Positions 44,358-54,092 of a DNA stretch of 64,000 bases are shown piece by piece; position 1 is the stretch's first letter; every line of letters begins with the position of its first letter. The position numbers and the translations under genes are program-made. The notes under the pieces were generated by a model that was not told the origin of the DNA, ran no database searches, and saw only the letters and a program-made list of their open reading frames with translations. The DNA is from a virus, in the IMG/VR virus record IMGVR_UViG_3300047476_001057, positions 62,630 to 126,629 of that record; one strand, written 5' to 3'.

Positions 44358-45147
44358 TTACTAAACCTTGTTTTTTAAGAATAGTGTATACACTAAACAT
44401 GAGACTAACAATATCAGATCCGTTCATAATCTTGTAATCAAACTCCCAGTTGTCCAGTGAGGTCTCTGAGGCATGAGGATTGATAGGTTTTACACCAGGT
44501 CTGTCTACACGGATGACAATACCACCAGCATCTTTGATAGCCTGGGCTTCATTGGGAAAGCGGGTATCAGTGATGATCCATTTAGATTCTACTTCTTCAT
44601 ACTGACTACCTCTGGTACTGTAAGGCTTATAGTCAGCCATCAGAGCATTGACCCAGGTGTTGGTGTGTAGACCCTTACGGCAGGCGTCAGTACCCAGCTC
44701 TTGTAAGAATTGCCTGACGGTCATCTGCTGCATACCTACGACATACTCCATTCGGAACGTACCATAGGTCTGTTCCATAAAACCTGCGTAACCTTCAGCT
44801 TCAGCTTTGGTGACAAAACGTCCTTCCTGAAACTTGAGTTTACCGTTGTCGATAGCAGACACGGTCCAGTAGTTCCACTCAGAACCCAGGTAGGTCTTCT
44901 TGAACTCCTGGTCCTCAAACTTTTCTTGCGAAATACCAGTGAGAAGAGATGCTATAGTCTTGAGCTTACCTGCCCACTTCTTGATCTCCCAGCCGGATTG
45001 CTCTTCAAGCCACCATTCGTGATTTTTATAGTCAGCCAGTATTTTTTCTATAGTAAGAGATCCTGTGTTGCTGGAATGCAAAACTTGGATCAATGCACCA
45101 ACAGTGTCTTTGCCGCTACCTGCGTAGCCATTAATACCAATAATCAT
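44314..45147 (-). CDS. Deoxynucleoside monophosphate kinase
   Basis: IIGINGYAGSGKDT P-loop; RQFLQELGTDACR; IITDTRFPNE. Confidence 0.85.
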   Translation of the reverse strand: MIIGINGYAGSGKDTVGALIQVLHSSNTGSLTIEKILADYKNHEWWLEEQSGWEIKKWAGKLKTIASLLTGISQEKFEDQEFKKTYLGSEWNYWTVSAIDNGKLKFQEGRFVTKAEAEGYAGFMEQTYGTFRMEYVVGMQQMTVRQFLQELGTDACRKGLHTNTWVNALMADYKPYSTRGSQYEEVESKWIITDTRFPNEAQAIKDAGGIVIRVDRPGVKPINPHASETSLDNWEFDYKIMNGSDIVSLMFSVYTILKKQGLVNADYKTKNQDVSHS

Positions 45148-45506
45148 TTGTCAGTTTTTATAGATTCAGGAAATGGAAGACCATCTGCTTTCCAATCATC
45201 AGCCTGGTCTTTGGTGAGTATAAGATTGGGTTTCTTAGATATCCTATCGTAAAACCTTTTTTCTATGCCTTTATTGGTAAGTTTAGCTTCTTTACTTGTA
45301 AGATGCCATCCTTTACAATGCGGACAATAGTAAAACCGGCACTGTTCTATTTTACCGGTTCTTCTTTTTACACGTTTTTGTGTTACATTATTATATGCTG
45401 TTTTTTTAGCTTTTAGTTTTTGTATAGCTGTCTTGGCATCACCAGAAGTAGGATACCTAGTCTTGCCCGTAGCAGTACATTTACTGAGGTGCAGTGTCTG
45501 CTCCAT
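45144..45506 (-). CDS. Phage zinc-binding protein
   Basis: C-x3-GKTRY...RFYYCPHCKGWHLTS pattern. Confidence 0.6.
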   Translation of the reverse strand: MEQTLHLSKCTATGKTRYPTSGDAKTAIQKLKAKKTAYNNVTQKRVKRRTGKIEQCRFYYCPHCKGWHLTSKEAKLTNKGIEKRFYDRISKKPNLILTKDQADDWKADGLPFPESIKTDK

Positions 45507-45840
45507 ACTTCAGGTTTAGATGTTGGTCAATCATTTCTGTAATTTGTTCTAAATCTTCTTGAGGAAGATTAAACAGTTGTTCTGTTAGTACCATGATGTA
45601 AACCAGATCTGCTCTATCAAGATCTTGTTTTACTTTAAGTACCATAGAACTATCTCCAAGAAGATCACATATGTGATTAATAGCTGATCTCACTTTTACA
45701 AGAGCGTTATTAATAGCATACTTTTGCTTTTGGGAAGTAGCAGCTTTTGCATAATCTAGTCTTACCTCTATACATTTCATATGTTGCATGAGGTTCATGA
45801 ATAATTCTCCTACTGTATCTTTTCTCAGTTCATGTGACAT
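45481..45840 (-). CDS. Hypothetical helical protein
   Basis: 119 aa, in operon. Confidence 0.55.
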   Translation of the reverse strand: MSHELRKDTVGELFMNLMQHMKCIEVRLDYAKAATSQKQKYAINNALVKVRSAINHICDLLGDSSMVLKVKQDLDRADLVYIMVLTEQLFNLPQEDLEQITEMIDQHLNLKYGADTAPQ

Positions 45841-45854
45841 AGGGGTAAAAATAG

Positions 45855-45884
45855 AAGGGAGTAAGTTATAATACCTACTCCCTT
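45855..45884 (-). terminator. Probable intrinsic terminator
   Basis: AAGGGAGTA...TACTCCCTT inverted repeat followed on the minus strand by a T-rich tract. Confidence 0.55.
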
Positions 45885-45889
45885 ATTGA

Positions 45890-46750
45890 TTATAAAAATG
45901 TTACACCAAAGTTTCCAACAGGCTCAAGCTCAAAGTCTTCAGGCTGTTCTTCATAGTTTGGTGTAGAAGGAAGCATGGCTTCTTCTGTAAACTCTCTATC
46001 ATCATAGTGTGGATCAGGTGTAGTAGATCCTTGTAACTGACCATACTGATTAATAAAGAAGTCATGAAGAATTTCATGATCCTGTAGATAACTGTTTGGA
46101 TGTGATTCCTTAAGTGCTACTGTTATATGGTTATACATAGCCCATGCACTATTAGGATCACAGTTATAGTTAAAAGATGGTTTGTCCATCTCACGCTTAA
46201 CTATACCAACCTGCGTAAGTGTAAGTATTTCCTGCTCTGCAAAGAGGCGTCCTAAAATACTACCTTTTTCACGAGGCGTGAGCAGTACATCTTTGAGAGC
46301 TTCTTTGTCTTCCACGAGTGTACTGAAGTGATGACGTGCGTTTGCTATTTGATCATTGATATGCTGTGTTGCTTCATAGAGAGCAGATCCTGTATGCTTA
46401 CGAACAAAGCTGGACATGTCACCACGTACCACGCCGTTCATGCATACAAACACATGACCACCTACGGCACACTTGAAACGCATACTCTTGTTATAAGAGT
46501 TGCTCCAGGCAAACATGAGTCCCATATCAGGATCGTTGCCGTATTCTAAATGATACACACCTTGAGCTACTTGGCCATCAAGGGTAGTTCTATACTGTTC
46601 AGACTTCAGTGAGAAGCCTGCTGAGAAAAGTGCCTTCCTGGTCTCGTCAATAGCGTGACCATGAGGAATTACAGAATATGTTTTTCCATGCTGAGGCAGC
46701 ACCACGTTTCTAACTTGGGCCTCAGATACTAATGCTGTTTTTACAGGCAT
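45890..46750 (-). CDS. DUF932/DUF945-family protein
   Basis: YSVIPHG, FAWSNSYNKSMRFKCAVGGHVFVCMNG, RKHTG, WAMYNHIT. Confidence 0.75.
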   Translation of the reverse strand: MPVKTALVSEAQVRNVVLPQHGKTYSVIPHGHAIDETRKALFSAGFSLKSEQYRTTLDGQVAQGVYHLEYGNDPDMGLMFAWSNSYNKSMRFKCAVGGHVFVCMNGVVRGDMSSFVRKHTGSALYEATQHINDQIANARHHFSTLVEDKEALKDVLLTPREKGSILGRLFAEQEILTLTQVGIVKREMDKPSFNYNCDPNSAWAMYNHITVALKESHPNSYLQDHEILHDFFINQYGQLQGSTTPDPHYDDREFTEEAMLPSTPNYEEQPEDFELEPVGNFGVTFL

Positions 46751-46760
46751 AATATATAGT

Positions 46761-48692
46761 TTAAAAAAGTGCTAGTTGTGTAATTGATCTGGGCTTGAAT
46801 ACTTCTATGCCCTCTATCTGTTTGTTAATTTCTTCCAGATAGTAACTGTAATTGATATCGTAGTCTTCTATAGAAAATTTAGGATCAATCTGGTTGACTA
46901 CAGTTTGTAGCCAGCTGCCGGACTCTACTTGTATTTCTCTTCCGTCTGGGTGACATTTGACTATCTTGCCACCATTTTTGGATACATAGTATCTGACTAT
47001 CTTCTGCAGACGATTCGTAGTAAGTACTCCTTTGTCTACATAGCGTTCTTCATAATACCATGCACCTTTGGATTTCACACCTGCACAATAGTCTACCACT
47101 TCACGGTTATCTCTAAGAAAGTCTTCAGGTTGGATACCGTTGACGAAGTAGGCATAAATAGCTTTGGGAATAATCAGGAAGCTTTTGTTCTTATGGAACG
47201 TGGCTACCTTCTTTTTTTCCAGGTCTTCCCACTCAAAAGCACCCTTGCACTTTACCTTATCTTTTTTAGAGATTGCTATGTAGTTATTGACGTCCCGGAT
47301 AATCATTTTTTTATACTCATCATGTTCTAAAGAAAGCTTAGTAAGCTTTTCCCATTCGGCACATACTTTCATATAAGTATCTACAGAACCTGTAGGTATC
47401 ATCATTTCCAGACCGTCTGTATTTTGCATAAGCGGGATGCCTTCTGGAATAGCTAGAGATAACATCTCGTAAAGCATAGACAGTAAAAGCTGACCATTGA
47501 CAGTAATTTGCATAGTCATACGTGGATCGTACAAGAAACTGTTCTCATCACCGGTAAGTCCGTAAGTAGAGTTTAGGATAATCTTATAGACATAGTTCTT
47601 AGGATCTGTCTTTGGGATTTTCTTACGCTCTTCAAAGAACCACTCATACAGTTCCAAGAATTCTTTCTTAGGTAGGTGCTCTGGTGCAAACCCGTTTTTG
47701 ATAGCCAGGTTAGGATAGAAACTAGTAACGTCAGACGTCATTATTGTCCAACCAGGTTTAGCTTCATATACACCAGCATCAGTAGCACCATGTATACCAC
47801 CTAGTCCATAGTCTGTCTTTACGCCTTTATACTCCATTCGGTACTTAAACCCATCTTTAGTAGATGTGATTACAGTTTTACGGAAGAAGTCCAGCATCTT
47901 TTGCATTTCAGGAGTCTGAAACTTGACATAGTCTAATATGCAATCACCCAAAACAATATGAGTACGTGGTGTACGCATGCGTTTAAGTTCTGCTTTTTCA
48001 ATACCAGTTTTGTTTTCCAGAAAATACAAGAACAGTTCTTTAGAAATCCTTGGTTCTGAAGCACTATACAAGTCTATATCATACTCTTTAGTAAGTACCT
48101 GTCTTAGCTTAATTTGCTCTTTGGAATGTTCTAGAATCTGCTTAGTAGATAATACGTCATTGATACAGTAAGAGATTACCTTTTGCAAAGTGTGAGCATC
48201 TGTCACAGGTTCACTATGATGATGTGGCATCTCTTCTACGTTCTCCCAGTCCATTGCATACTGGACCCATTTCAGTGAAGAGCTTTTGGCTTTATTATCC
48301 CAGTGGTTGAGTTTAAATAAATCAATCTGTCTTATCCATAGCTTATATGGAGCATACTCAAGAAATTCACCTCTGTTTTTACGAGAGATAACATCTTGTG
48401 CATAAGCATATAGTTTTTCTGCTATCTTTTCACCTGACAGTTTAACCAGTTCTGACCGGTTCTTCATTACATGCTGGGTGATCTGAGCATCAAACTCTAA
48501 TCCGTTATAGGAAATATGCCACTGGTTGTTGTTTTTACAGTCCATTAAGAACTTACAGAACTCTTGTATATCATTCTGTTCTTTGTTGATTACAAAGACT
48601 TTACGGACTGACTCATCTTTATAGTGCTGAAATACGGCAACAAACGTGTTACAGATTGTCTCGTAGTCCATTACCCAGTGTATTTGTGTCAT
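46761..48692 (-). CDS. polB: Family B DNA polymerase with 3'-5' exonuclease
   Basis: MDYET and YCINDV exonuclease motifs; DVTSFYP, KIILNSTYG and NTDG polymerase motifs; no intein seen. Confidence 0.92.
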   Translation of the reverse strand: MTQIHWVMDYETICNTFVAVFQHYKDESVRKVFVINKEQNDIQEFCKFLMDCKNNNQWHISYNGLEFDAQITQHVMKNRSELVKLSGEKIAEKLYAYAQDVISRKNRGEFLEYAPYKLWIRQIDLFKLNHWDNKAKSSSLKWVQYAMDWENVEEMPHHHSEPVTDAHTLQKVISYCINDVLSTKQILEHSKEQIKLRQVLTKEYDIDLYSASEPRISKELFLYFLENKTGIEKAELKRMRTPRTHIVLGDCILDYVKFQTPEMQKMLDFFRKTVITSTKDGFKYRMEYKGVKTDYGLGGIHGATDAGVYEAKPGWTIMTSDVTSFYPNLAIKNGFAPEHLPKKEFLELYEWFFEERKKIPKTDPKNYVYKIILNSTYGLTGDENSFLYDPRMTMQITVNGQLLLSMLYEMLSLAIPEGIPLMQNTDGLEMMIPTGSVDTYMKVCAEWEKLTKLSLEHDEYKKMIIRDVNNYIAISKKDKVKCKGAFEWEDLEKKKVATFHKNKSFLIIPKAIYAYFVNGIQPEDFLRDNREVVDYCAGVKSKGAWYYEERYVDKGVLTTNRLQKIVRYYVSKNGGKIVKCHPDGREIQVESGSWLQTVVNQIDPKFSIEDYDINYSYYLEEINKQIEGIEVFKPRSITQLALF

Positions 48693-48701
48693 AGTGTTCA
48701 G

Positions 48702-48767
48702 TTAAGCTGTTCCGCCATTATTACTAAAAAAAGGCAGATCAACTGCCTCTTCTAGATTGGTTATCAT
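48702..48767 (-). CDS. Possible 21-aa leader peptide spanning a terminator
   Basis: MITNLEEAVDLPFFSNNGGTA ends 9 nt before the polB ATG. Confidence 0.25.
   Translation of the reverse strand: MITNLEEAVDLPFFSNNGGTA
48726..48748 (-). terminator. Intrinsic terminator upstream of polB
   Basis: Minus strand AGGCAG-ttgat-CTGCCT followed by a T run. Confidence 0.55.
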
Positions 48768-48779
48768 AGGGGGTATGCG

Positions 48780-49184
48780 TTACGGTGTAATAATACTTGG
48801 ACCCACCGTTTGTATATTAGCTGCTTCTAAGTATTCATTATAGTCAAAGCTGTCAGCATTGATACATAATAGATTGATAACATTCTTGATTTCTTCTGGG
48901 TTATCCAGATAGTATTCATAGTATGTTTCCAATGTTTTACGCTCTTCTGCGTAGTCTTTACCATTGTCACGGCGTCCGATCTTCATGCGTTTAACGTCTC
49001 CGTTATCATCAAGTTTGGCAACCATGTGCATGCTTTGTTTCTTTTCTTTACCAATCAAAGCAAGTACTTTAGAGTCACGGTCAAAAATGGCCTCATTATA
49101 CGGGGCATCATTAGAAACAGGTATCATTTTGAAGGTCTTTGTCTGACCCCAGGCACCTGTTATTAGCATCATAGATTTTGTCAT
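48780..49184 (-). CDS. Conserved hypothetical protein
   Basis: 134 aa, typical of the replication block of such phages. Confidence 0.6.
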   Translation of the reverse strand: MTKSMMLITGAWGQTKTFKMIPVSNDAPYNEAIFDRDSKVLALIGKEKKQSMHMVAKLDDNGDVKRMKIGRRDNGKDYAEERKTLETYYEYYLDNPEEIKNVINLLCINADSFDYNEYLEAANIQTVGPSIITP

Positions 49185-49200
49185 GGGTTGAAATATTGTT

Positions 49201-49226
49201 AAAGTTCTACAAATCTAAAGAACTTT
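49201..49226 (-). promoter_or_regulatory. Bacteroidota sigma-A -7 element TAGATTTG within an AAAGTTCT/AGAACTTT inverted repeat
   Basis: caaatcta at 49210-49217, upstream of ATG 49184. Confidence 0.55.
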
Positions 49227-49775
49227 TTTTAAGTTCTCCAAATGTTCTACAGGAATTTTTAAAGTTTCTTTTTCTATATCACAAGGATCACACAGCTCAC
49301 CTACCTGTTTAAGGACTGTGGGTTCTACATTCAACAACTTAGCATACACGTCAAAGTACTTCTCTGGATTGAGATAGGACTCTATGTATTTAAACTCTGA
49401 GCTGTTTTCTCCATAATAGAGCCTGATAGCTTTCTTTAATGGATTAGAAAGTTTAGAATACTTTCCTAATATAAAATTGAACCAATCATTCTTATAACTA
49501 TCATAATCAAATAGATACACATTGTAGTCTTGTATATGTATTATACTAGAAAACAGAGGGTTAGATAAAAGCATTTGTTCTTCAAATGCTTTAAATCCTT
49601 GTGATGTATCTTCCTTAAATGTCACAATTAGCTTCATGTCTTCAGGACCTACCATCCCATCAAGGGATATGTAGGTACCTGAAGGTGTATGATGAGCTGT
49701 TCTTTTTATTCCCAATGCAGGATATAAAAAGGACCTGGACTTCTGAAAGTATTTTGTGTATAAGCTATCAATCAT
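49215..49775 (-). CDS. Conserved hypothetical protein
   Basis: 186 aa; YFQKSRSFLYPALGI motif. Confidence 0.6.
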   Translation of the reverse strand: MIDSLYTKYFQKSRSFLYPALGIKRTAHHTPSGTYISLDGMVGPEDMKLIVTFKEDTSQGFKAFEEQMLLSNPLFSSIIHIQDYNVYLFDYDSYKNDWFNFILGKYSKLSNPLKKAIRLYYGENSSEFKYIESYLNPEKYFDVYAKLLNVEPTVLKQVGELCDPCDIEKETLKIPVEHLENLKKVL

Positions 49776-49787
49776 ACTGCAACTCTT

Positions 49788-50828
49788 TTACAGAGCAACC
49801 ATACCCTTGGCAAATTGATACGGGAGCTCATAGCTTTTGTTAGTGTAATGCCAATCTGCTATCTCTAAAACTTCTTTAAACTTGTCCAACCATTTGTTCA
49901 ATGTACCATCTGATACAGGGAATGCATAAGTTTGGAAAGCTCTGTCAATCACTACAAAGTGAAACTTAATTTTATAACCACCTGCATCTATAAGATGTAT
50001 ATACTTCATACTTACAAGAGATACATACATAATAGCTTGTAGCCAATAAGAGTAGAAATCTACTGTCTCTGGAAAGTCTTTAAGATCCTTAGATGTGGTC
50101 TTGATATCATTAATGAATATCGTCTTTTGACTATGGTCAATAACCAGGTTGTCAACAATACCTTTCAGACCAAAAGGGCGGTCGTTCAGTTCAAGCTGAA
50201 GCATCACCTCATTCTGTACTTCTTTGTTATCAAATTCAGTTACATTACAACCAATGAGATCACAAACTTGCTTGTGAGTCTTGATCATATCTACAGCGTT
50301 TCTGCAGAAATCATAGCTTTCCTGGTCAATGAGGGTTTTATTACCTTTCATTTGAAGAAAACTCCAATAGTTATAAGCATCTGCAGTGAGTACCTTGTCA
50401 AGTCTTTGCTGGTCAGTCTTTAGACTTTGATGATAGTTCATGTCCTTCATTACATCCAGGATAGCCTGGTCAAACTCTTCTAGTTTCTCACGCTGATCAC
50501 CATTACGTTTCAGTTCTGTATGATGATAAAACACTCTGTCTATTACAGTGCGTAGGTTACCAGTAGGTAAGTTAGCTGGAGAGATGATAAACAGCTCATT
50601 GAACTTTTCTTCTTCCAGTAACAAAGCGTGAATAATCTTACCTTGTACAAGATGGCTATCTACTCTTTCTTCTTTAAGACCCATTACATAGAGCTGGTAA
50701 AATACAGCAGGATTCCATAACAGCTTGTTTAGAGAGCTGTAAGAAAAATAGAACTTCTGTTTATAAAAGTCTTTTTCGAGATGCTGAACAGATTCTTGCA
50801 TCAAGTCTTCAAACTGTGTGTCAATCAT
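49788..50828 (-). CDS. PD-(D/E)xK (RecB/Cas4-like) exonuclease
   Basis: FSYSSL, GKIIHALL, KGIVDNL...INDIKTT, YWLQAIMY. Confidence 0.8.
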   Translation of the reverse strand: MIDTQFEDLMQESVQHLEKDFYKQKFYFSYSSLNKLLWNPAVFYQLYVMGLKEERVDSHLVQGKIIHALLLEEEKFNELFIISPANLPTGNLRTVIDRVFYHHTELKRNGDQREKLEEFDQAILDVMKDMNYHQSLKTDQQRLDKVLTADAYNYWSFLQMKGNKTLIDQESYDFCRNAVDMIKTHKQVCDLIGCNVTEFDNKEVQNEVMLQLELNDRPFGLKGIVDNLVIDHSQKTIFINDIKTTSKDLKDFPETVDFYSYWLQAIMYVSLVSMKYIHLIDAGGYKIKFHFVVIDRAFQTYAFPVSDGTLNKWLDKFKEVLEIADWHYTNKSYELPYQFAKGMVAL

Positions 50829-50830
50829 AG

Positions 50831-51268
50831 TTATTTCTTTTTAGGTTTCCAATTGATCATAGCACGGTCCCCGTGTGCAGTGACGCAACTTCTGCATATC
50901 ACTGACACCCATCCGGATGTTTCTCCAAGTTCTTGTTCTGATCCGCAGTCCTGGCAGGTGTTATCACACATGTATTCTGCCATACGAATCATACCTTCTA
51001 CCTCATCATCATTACCGTTGGTATAGAAGCGTAGTCCACCAAACTTTTCTTTCATCGCTGCACAGGTAACCTGCTCAGGTTTTTTAGGACCGTCTGCCGT
51101 GTACCTGGTGGTATTATTTATATAGTCTTGAATACATCCACAGAGTTTATCTATAATAGATAACCAACCATCCGGTACACCATACCAGTTAACTCTGTCT
51201 GGGTTTCCTTCATAGTCTTGGAAGATCTTGGGATACTTATTGATTAACTCTTCTGTTGTGATGGCCAT
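50831..51268 (-). CDS. Widespread phage protein with KEKFGGLRFY motif and C-terminal CxxC
   Basis: VPDGW...KEKFGGLRFY...CQDCG...ICRSC. Confidence 0.65.
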   Translation of the reverse strand: MAITTEELINKYPKIFQDYEGNPDRVNWYGVPDGWLSIIDKLCGCIQDYINNTTRYTADGPKKPEQVTCAAMKEKFGGLRFYTNGNDDEVEGMIRMAEYMCDNTCQDCGSEQELGETSGWVSVICRSCVTAHGDRAMINWKPKKK

Positions 51269-51447
51269 ACACCTTCTTTTACAAGGAATGAACGAATGCG
51301 TCCTGCAGTGGCAGGATCGGTAGTGAGGGCTTCTACTGTTTCTAAAAACTCTATAGTCTGATCCAGTTTTTTGTTTACTCTGTCAAGCTCACATAAGAAG
51401 TAGTCCAGATCTGTTTGTTCATCAGGTGACGGGAATGCTTGATTCAT
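51244..51447 (-). CDS. Hypothetical protein
   Basis: 67 aa, operon overlap. Confidence 0.5.
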   Translation of the reverse strand: MNQAFPSPDEQTDLDYFLCELDRVNKKLDQTIEFLETVEALTTDPATAGRIRSFLVKEGVWPSQQKS

Positions 51448-51689
51448 GATAGGTTTTTTAACTGTGTAAGAGCGTTATCCATTTCCTGAAGCACCTTGAT
51501 GTGTAGCTGGTGCTTGCTTTTTGGATCTGCGTCCAGTGCAGAAAGTGTTCTGTATCTTTCCTGCAGACGGATCATGTCATTGTTTGTTCCTTCCATAGCA
51601 TCTGCTACTCTTGCAAGCTGACGTGCTATTTCAGGCAGTGTATGTTCTATAAGCTTACGACCCATAAGAGTCTCGTGTAGCTCAGCCAT
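51444..51689 (-). CDS. Hypothetical protein
   Basis: 81 aa; ETLMGRKLIEHTLPEIARQL. Confidence 0.55.
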   Translation of the reverse strand: MAELHETLMGRKLIEHTLPEIARQLARVADAMEGTNNDMIRLQERYRTLSALDADPKSKHQLHIKVLQEMDNALTQLKNLS

Positions 51690-51692
51690 AGA

Positions 51693-51959
51693 TTAAAGGT
51701 TTAAAGGATGAGTGCCATCTTCATTAGGAGGTAGCATTTTAATATCATCATAAAAGACATGGATAGATCCCAGGTCTTGTTCACAGAGCTCTGCATCGAG
51801 AGCTTGGATAGTTACACTTTCTCCATCTTCAGATTGCTTAATTTCTATATCCAGTTTACCTACACGGACCCATAATGTACCAGTGTCAGAATTCAGGGGA
51901 ATTATCTGATCTTCTTTACGTTCGTTCCATTCAGTTACTAGAAATGGTAAGTATTGCAT
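51693..51959 (-). CDS. Hypothetical protein (start ATG 51959)
   Basis: MQYLPFLVTEW...; the longer ORF-track version overlaps the HNH gene. Confidence 0.5.
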   Translation of the reverse strand: MQYLPFLVTEWNERKEDQIIPLNSDTGTLWVRVGKLDIEIKQSEDGESVTIQALDAELCEQDLGSIHVFYDDIKMLPPNEDGTHPLNL

Positions 51960-52344
51960 TTTTTTCTGCTTTAGTTTTTTTGTCATGGCAGGTAGTGCAT
52001 AATACCTGCAGGTTATTTTGTTCACAGAAAAGACGCTCAACAAAGCCAGGAAGATCTTGTGCACAATTAAGACTTCCTGCTGGGCAAATATGATCCACAT
52101 TGATATTCTTTTCTGCGTAATACTTGTTACAACTAGCACAGAGGTATTCAAACTTCTGACGCTTGTTGGGACCTTTATATGCACGGCGTGCTTTTTGTTT
52201 AGCCAACGTGATGGGTTTCCACCATCTGGATTTTTGTCTGAGAGCAGATCTTATAAAACTCCAGAAAGCAGACTCCGTCATTGTGCCTGCATTGCGGGTT
52301 TTAGGTACCCGTGGTTTCTTGGGAGTTGTAGTTTTCTTAGGCAT
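51931..52344 (-). CDS. HNH endonuclease
   Basis: CASC...VDHICP...NLQVLCTTCHDKKT. Confidence 0.85.
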   Translation of the reverse strand: MPKKTTTPKKPRVPKTRNAGTMTESAFWSFIRSALRQKSRWWKPITLAKQKARRAYKGPNKRQKFEYLCASCNKYYAEKNINVDHICPAGSLNCAQDLPGFVERLFCEQNNLQVLCTTCHDKKTKAEKNAILTISSN

Positions 52345-52345
52345 A

Positions 52346-52380
52346 TTGTAGATTAAGCTCTACAAAGATATGTAGAACTT
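52346..52380 (-). promoter_or_regulatory. Bacteroidota -7 element TATCTTTG with overlapping TCTACA/TGTAGA palindromes
   Basis: caaagata at 52363-52370; ttgtaga 52346, tctacaa 52359, tgtaga 52371. Confidence 0.6.
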
Positions 52381-52383
52381 ATA

Positions 52384-53370
52384 TCAGTTATCTAATTTTT
52401 TATTTAGTAGTGGGACTATTGTATAGTAAACCTTTTTAGCACCGTGATCTTTGATAGAGTCAGAAAGGTCTTTGCTCATAGGAAGAACTACAGGAACTAT
52501 GTTTGGATAGATTTCTTTATACTTTTCCATAGCTTTCAGACCTGCTTCATCATAGTCAAACATCACCATGACTTTTTGGTAATCTTTGAGATACTGCTGC
52601 ATCACTTCTTTACGTATCATAGAGTTCTCGGAGTCCGGGGCCACTACATCTACAGCGAGCTTTAGACTTTTAAGACTCATTATATCTTTTAAAGAAGAGG
52701 TGATTACTAAATACTTATGATTTTTTATTTGTTCAGAACCTTGTATGTAGTCATTCACTTTAATAAACTTCTTATCCAGAGTCTTGGGCTGATAGATCTT
52801 ATATAGTGTACCGTCCTTCTTAAAGTAACCATAGAGATAATTACCTCGTATTGTTAACTCTATAGGATCTTCATCTACTATGTCTTTAGACAAAACATAA
52901 TATTCCAATGGTCTAACACAATACTCTTCCAGTAGACGTGATCCAATGTTGAACTGGGTCCAGAAGTATTGATCAGAAGTATTCCAGGATCTGAATACGA
53001 ACTTTGATACTTTATACTTGCTGGCCTGCTTGAACTCTGTAACATCGTATCCACCGTTATTGTGTAAGACATAGTCGTTGTATTTTTCTACTACTAAAGA
53101 TGAAGCTTTATGATAAGGAAGCTGCGTAAGTTCTTTGACTAAGTCTATAGCTGAACCACCTTTGCCGCTTGAGAAATCTTTGTACCGGTAACCATCTTTT
53201 TTGGCGTCATAGTAGATGCACATAGATGGTGTCCGTTCTTTTGAATTGAACAGACTTTTGATCTTTACATCATGACCGTTAAGCTTTTCTTTAAGCTTGC
53301 AGAAGTGTTCAAATATCCAGGGTACAGGAACGTCCTTGACTTCATGTACCAGATTTTTTGTGTTAAACAT
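52384..53370 (-). CDS. dnaG: DnaG-type primase
   Basis: ERTPSMCIY, YKDFSSGKGG, ITSSLKDIM and TOPRIM FDYDEAG motifs. Confidence 0.8.
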   Translation of the reverse strand: MFNTKNLVHEVKDVPVPWIFEHFCKLKEKLNGHDVKIKSLFNSKERTPSMCIYYDAKKDGYRYKDFSSGKGGSAIDLVKELTQLPYHKASSLVVEKYNDYVLHNNGGYDVTEFKQASKYKVSKFVFRSWNTSDQYFWTQFNIGSRLLEEYCVRPLEYYVLSKDIVDEDPIELTIRGNYLYGYFKKDGTLYKIYQPKTLDKKFIKVNDYIQGSEQIKNHKYLVITSSLKDIMSLKSLKLAVDVVAPDSENSMIRKEVMQQYLKDYQKVMVMFDYDEAGLKAMEKYKEIYPNIVPVVLPMSKDLSDSIKDHGAKKVYYTIVPLLNKKLDN

Positions 53371-53382
53371 AAAACTGCTTTT

Positions 53383-53414
53383 AAAAAAAAGAGGGGGAAG
53401 TGGAAACCTCCCCC
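53383..53414 (-). terminator. Intrinsic terminator after the SSB-like gene
   Basis: Minus strand GGGGGA...TCCCCC followed by TC and a T8 run. Confidence 0.7.
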
Positions 53415-53453
53415 GTTGATGTTACTTCTTATACTACTTTACCGGTAGTCTTT

Positions 53454-54065
53454 TTACATGTCAAAGTCATCGTTAACAGGCTCAAAGCTGCTAACAGGTT
53501 TGGTTTGCATTGCCTTGTAGTGATACTGGTTGTTTTTGTCAAACTTATCCAGTCTTGCTTCATCTACAGAAGCAAACTTGTACCTTGGTAAAGAGAGTTT
53601 TACAATGGTCTTACCATTGTACTCTTCTTCTGTGCCCTTAAGGAACCAGTACATGTCATGTCCTTTTAAGATGCTGATTGCCTGAGCAACCCAGTCTTCA
53701 AGGCTCACTGCTGAGATGTTATCTACAGCATCACGCAAACCAAGTTCTCCGGCAATTACTGTGAGTTTCTGAAGAATCTCATTCTTCATCACATTAGTTT
53801 CGTTAAACTGGTCAGTCCAGATGGTAGCTGTTACACGTGATGACAAACCTTTAAACTTAGGTCCGTCCTGGTCATTTCTGTCTATAGACCAGCCTTCAAA
53901 GTTTTCAAGTTCTGGACCCTCAAGAATAAGTTCCAGACTCTTTTTGTCTCCGTTCTTGGAGGTTCTTACGTTGCCACTGAAAATGTGGGCATACACTACG
54001 CCTGGTTGGAAAGACTTCATTTGTCCACTACCAGTTTTTACTTCCTGTCCTTTAGTACTAAACAT
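53454..54065 (-). CDS. Probable single-stranded DNA-binding protein
   Basis: 203 aa, acidic C-terminal tail (VNDDFDM), directly downstream of the Sak4-like ATPase. Confidence 0.55.
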   Translation of the reverse strand: MFSTKGQEVKTGSGQMKSFQPGVVYAHIFSGNVRTSKNGDKKSLELILEGPELENFEGWSIDRNDQDGPKFKGLSSRVTATIWTDQFNETNVMKNEILQKLTVIAGELGLRDAVDNISAVSLEDWVAQAISILKGHDMYWFLKGTEEEYNGKTIVKLSLPRYKFASVDEARLDKFDKNNQYHYKAMQTKPVSSFEPVNDDFDM

Positions 54066-54092
54066 GTGCTTGTGTTTTAAAAATTAAGAGAG

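Noticed and set aside
51960-52184. N-terminal extension of the 163-aa ORF
   Set aside because: It overlaps the HNH gene in another frame; ATG 51959 fits operon spacing better.
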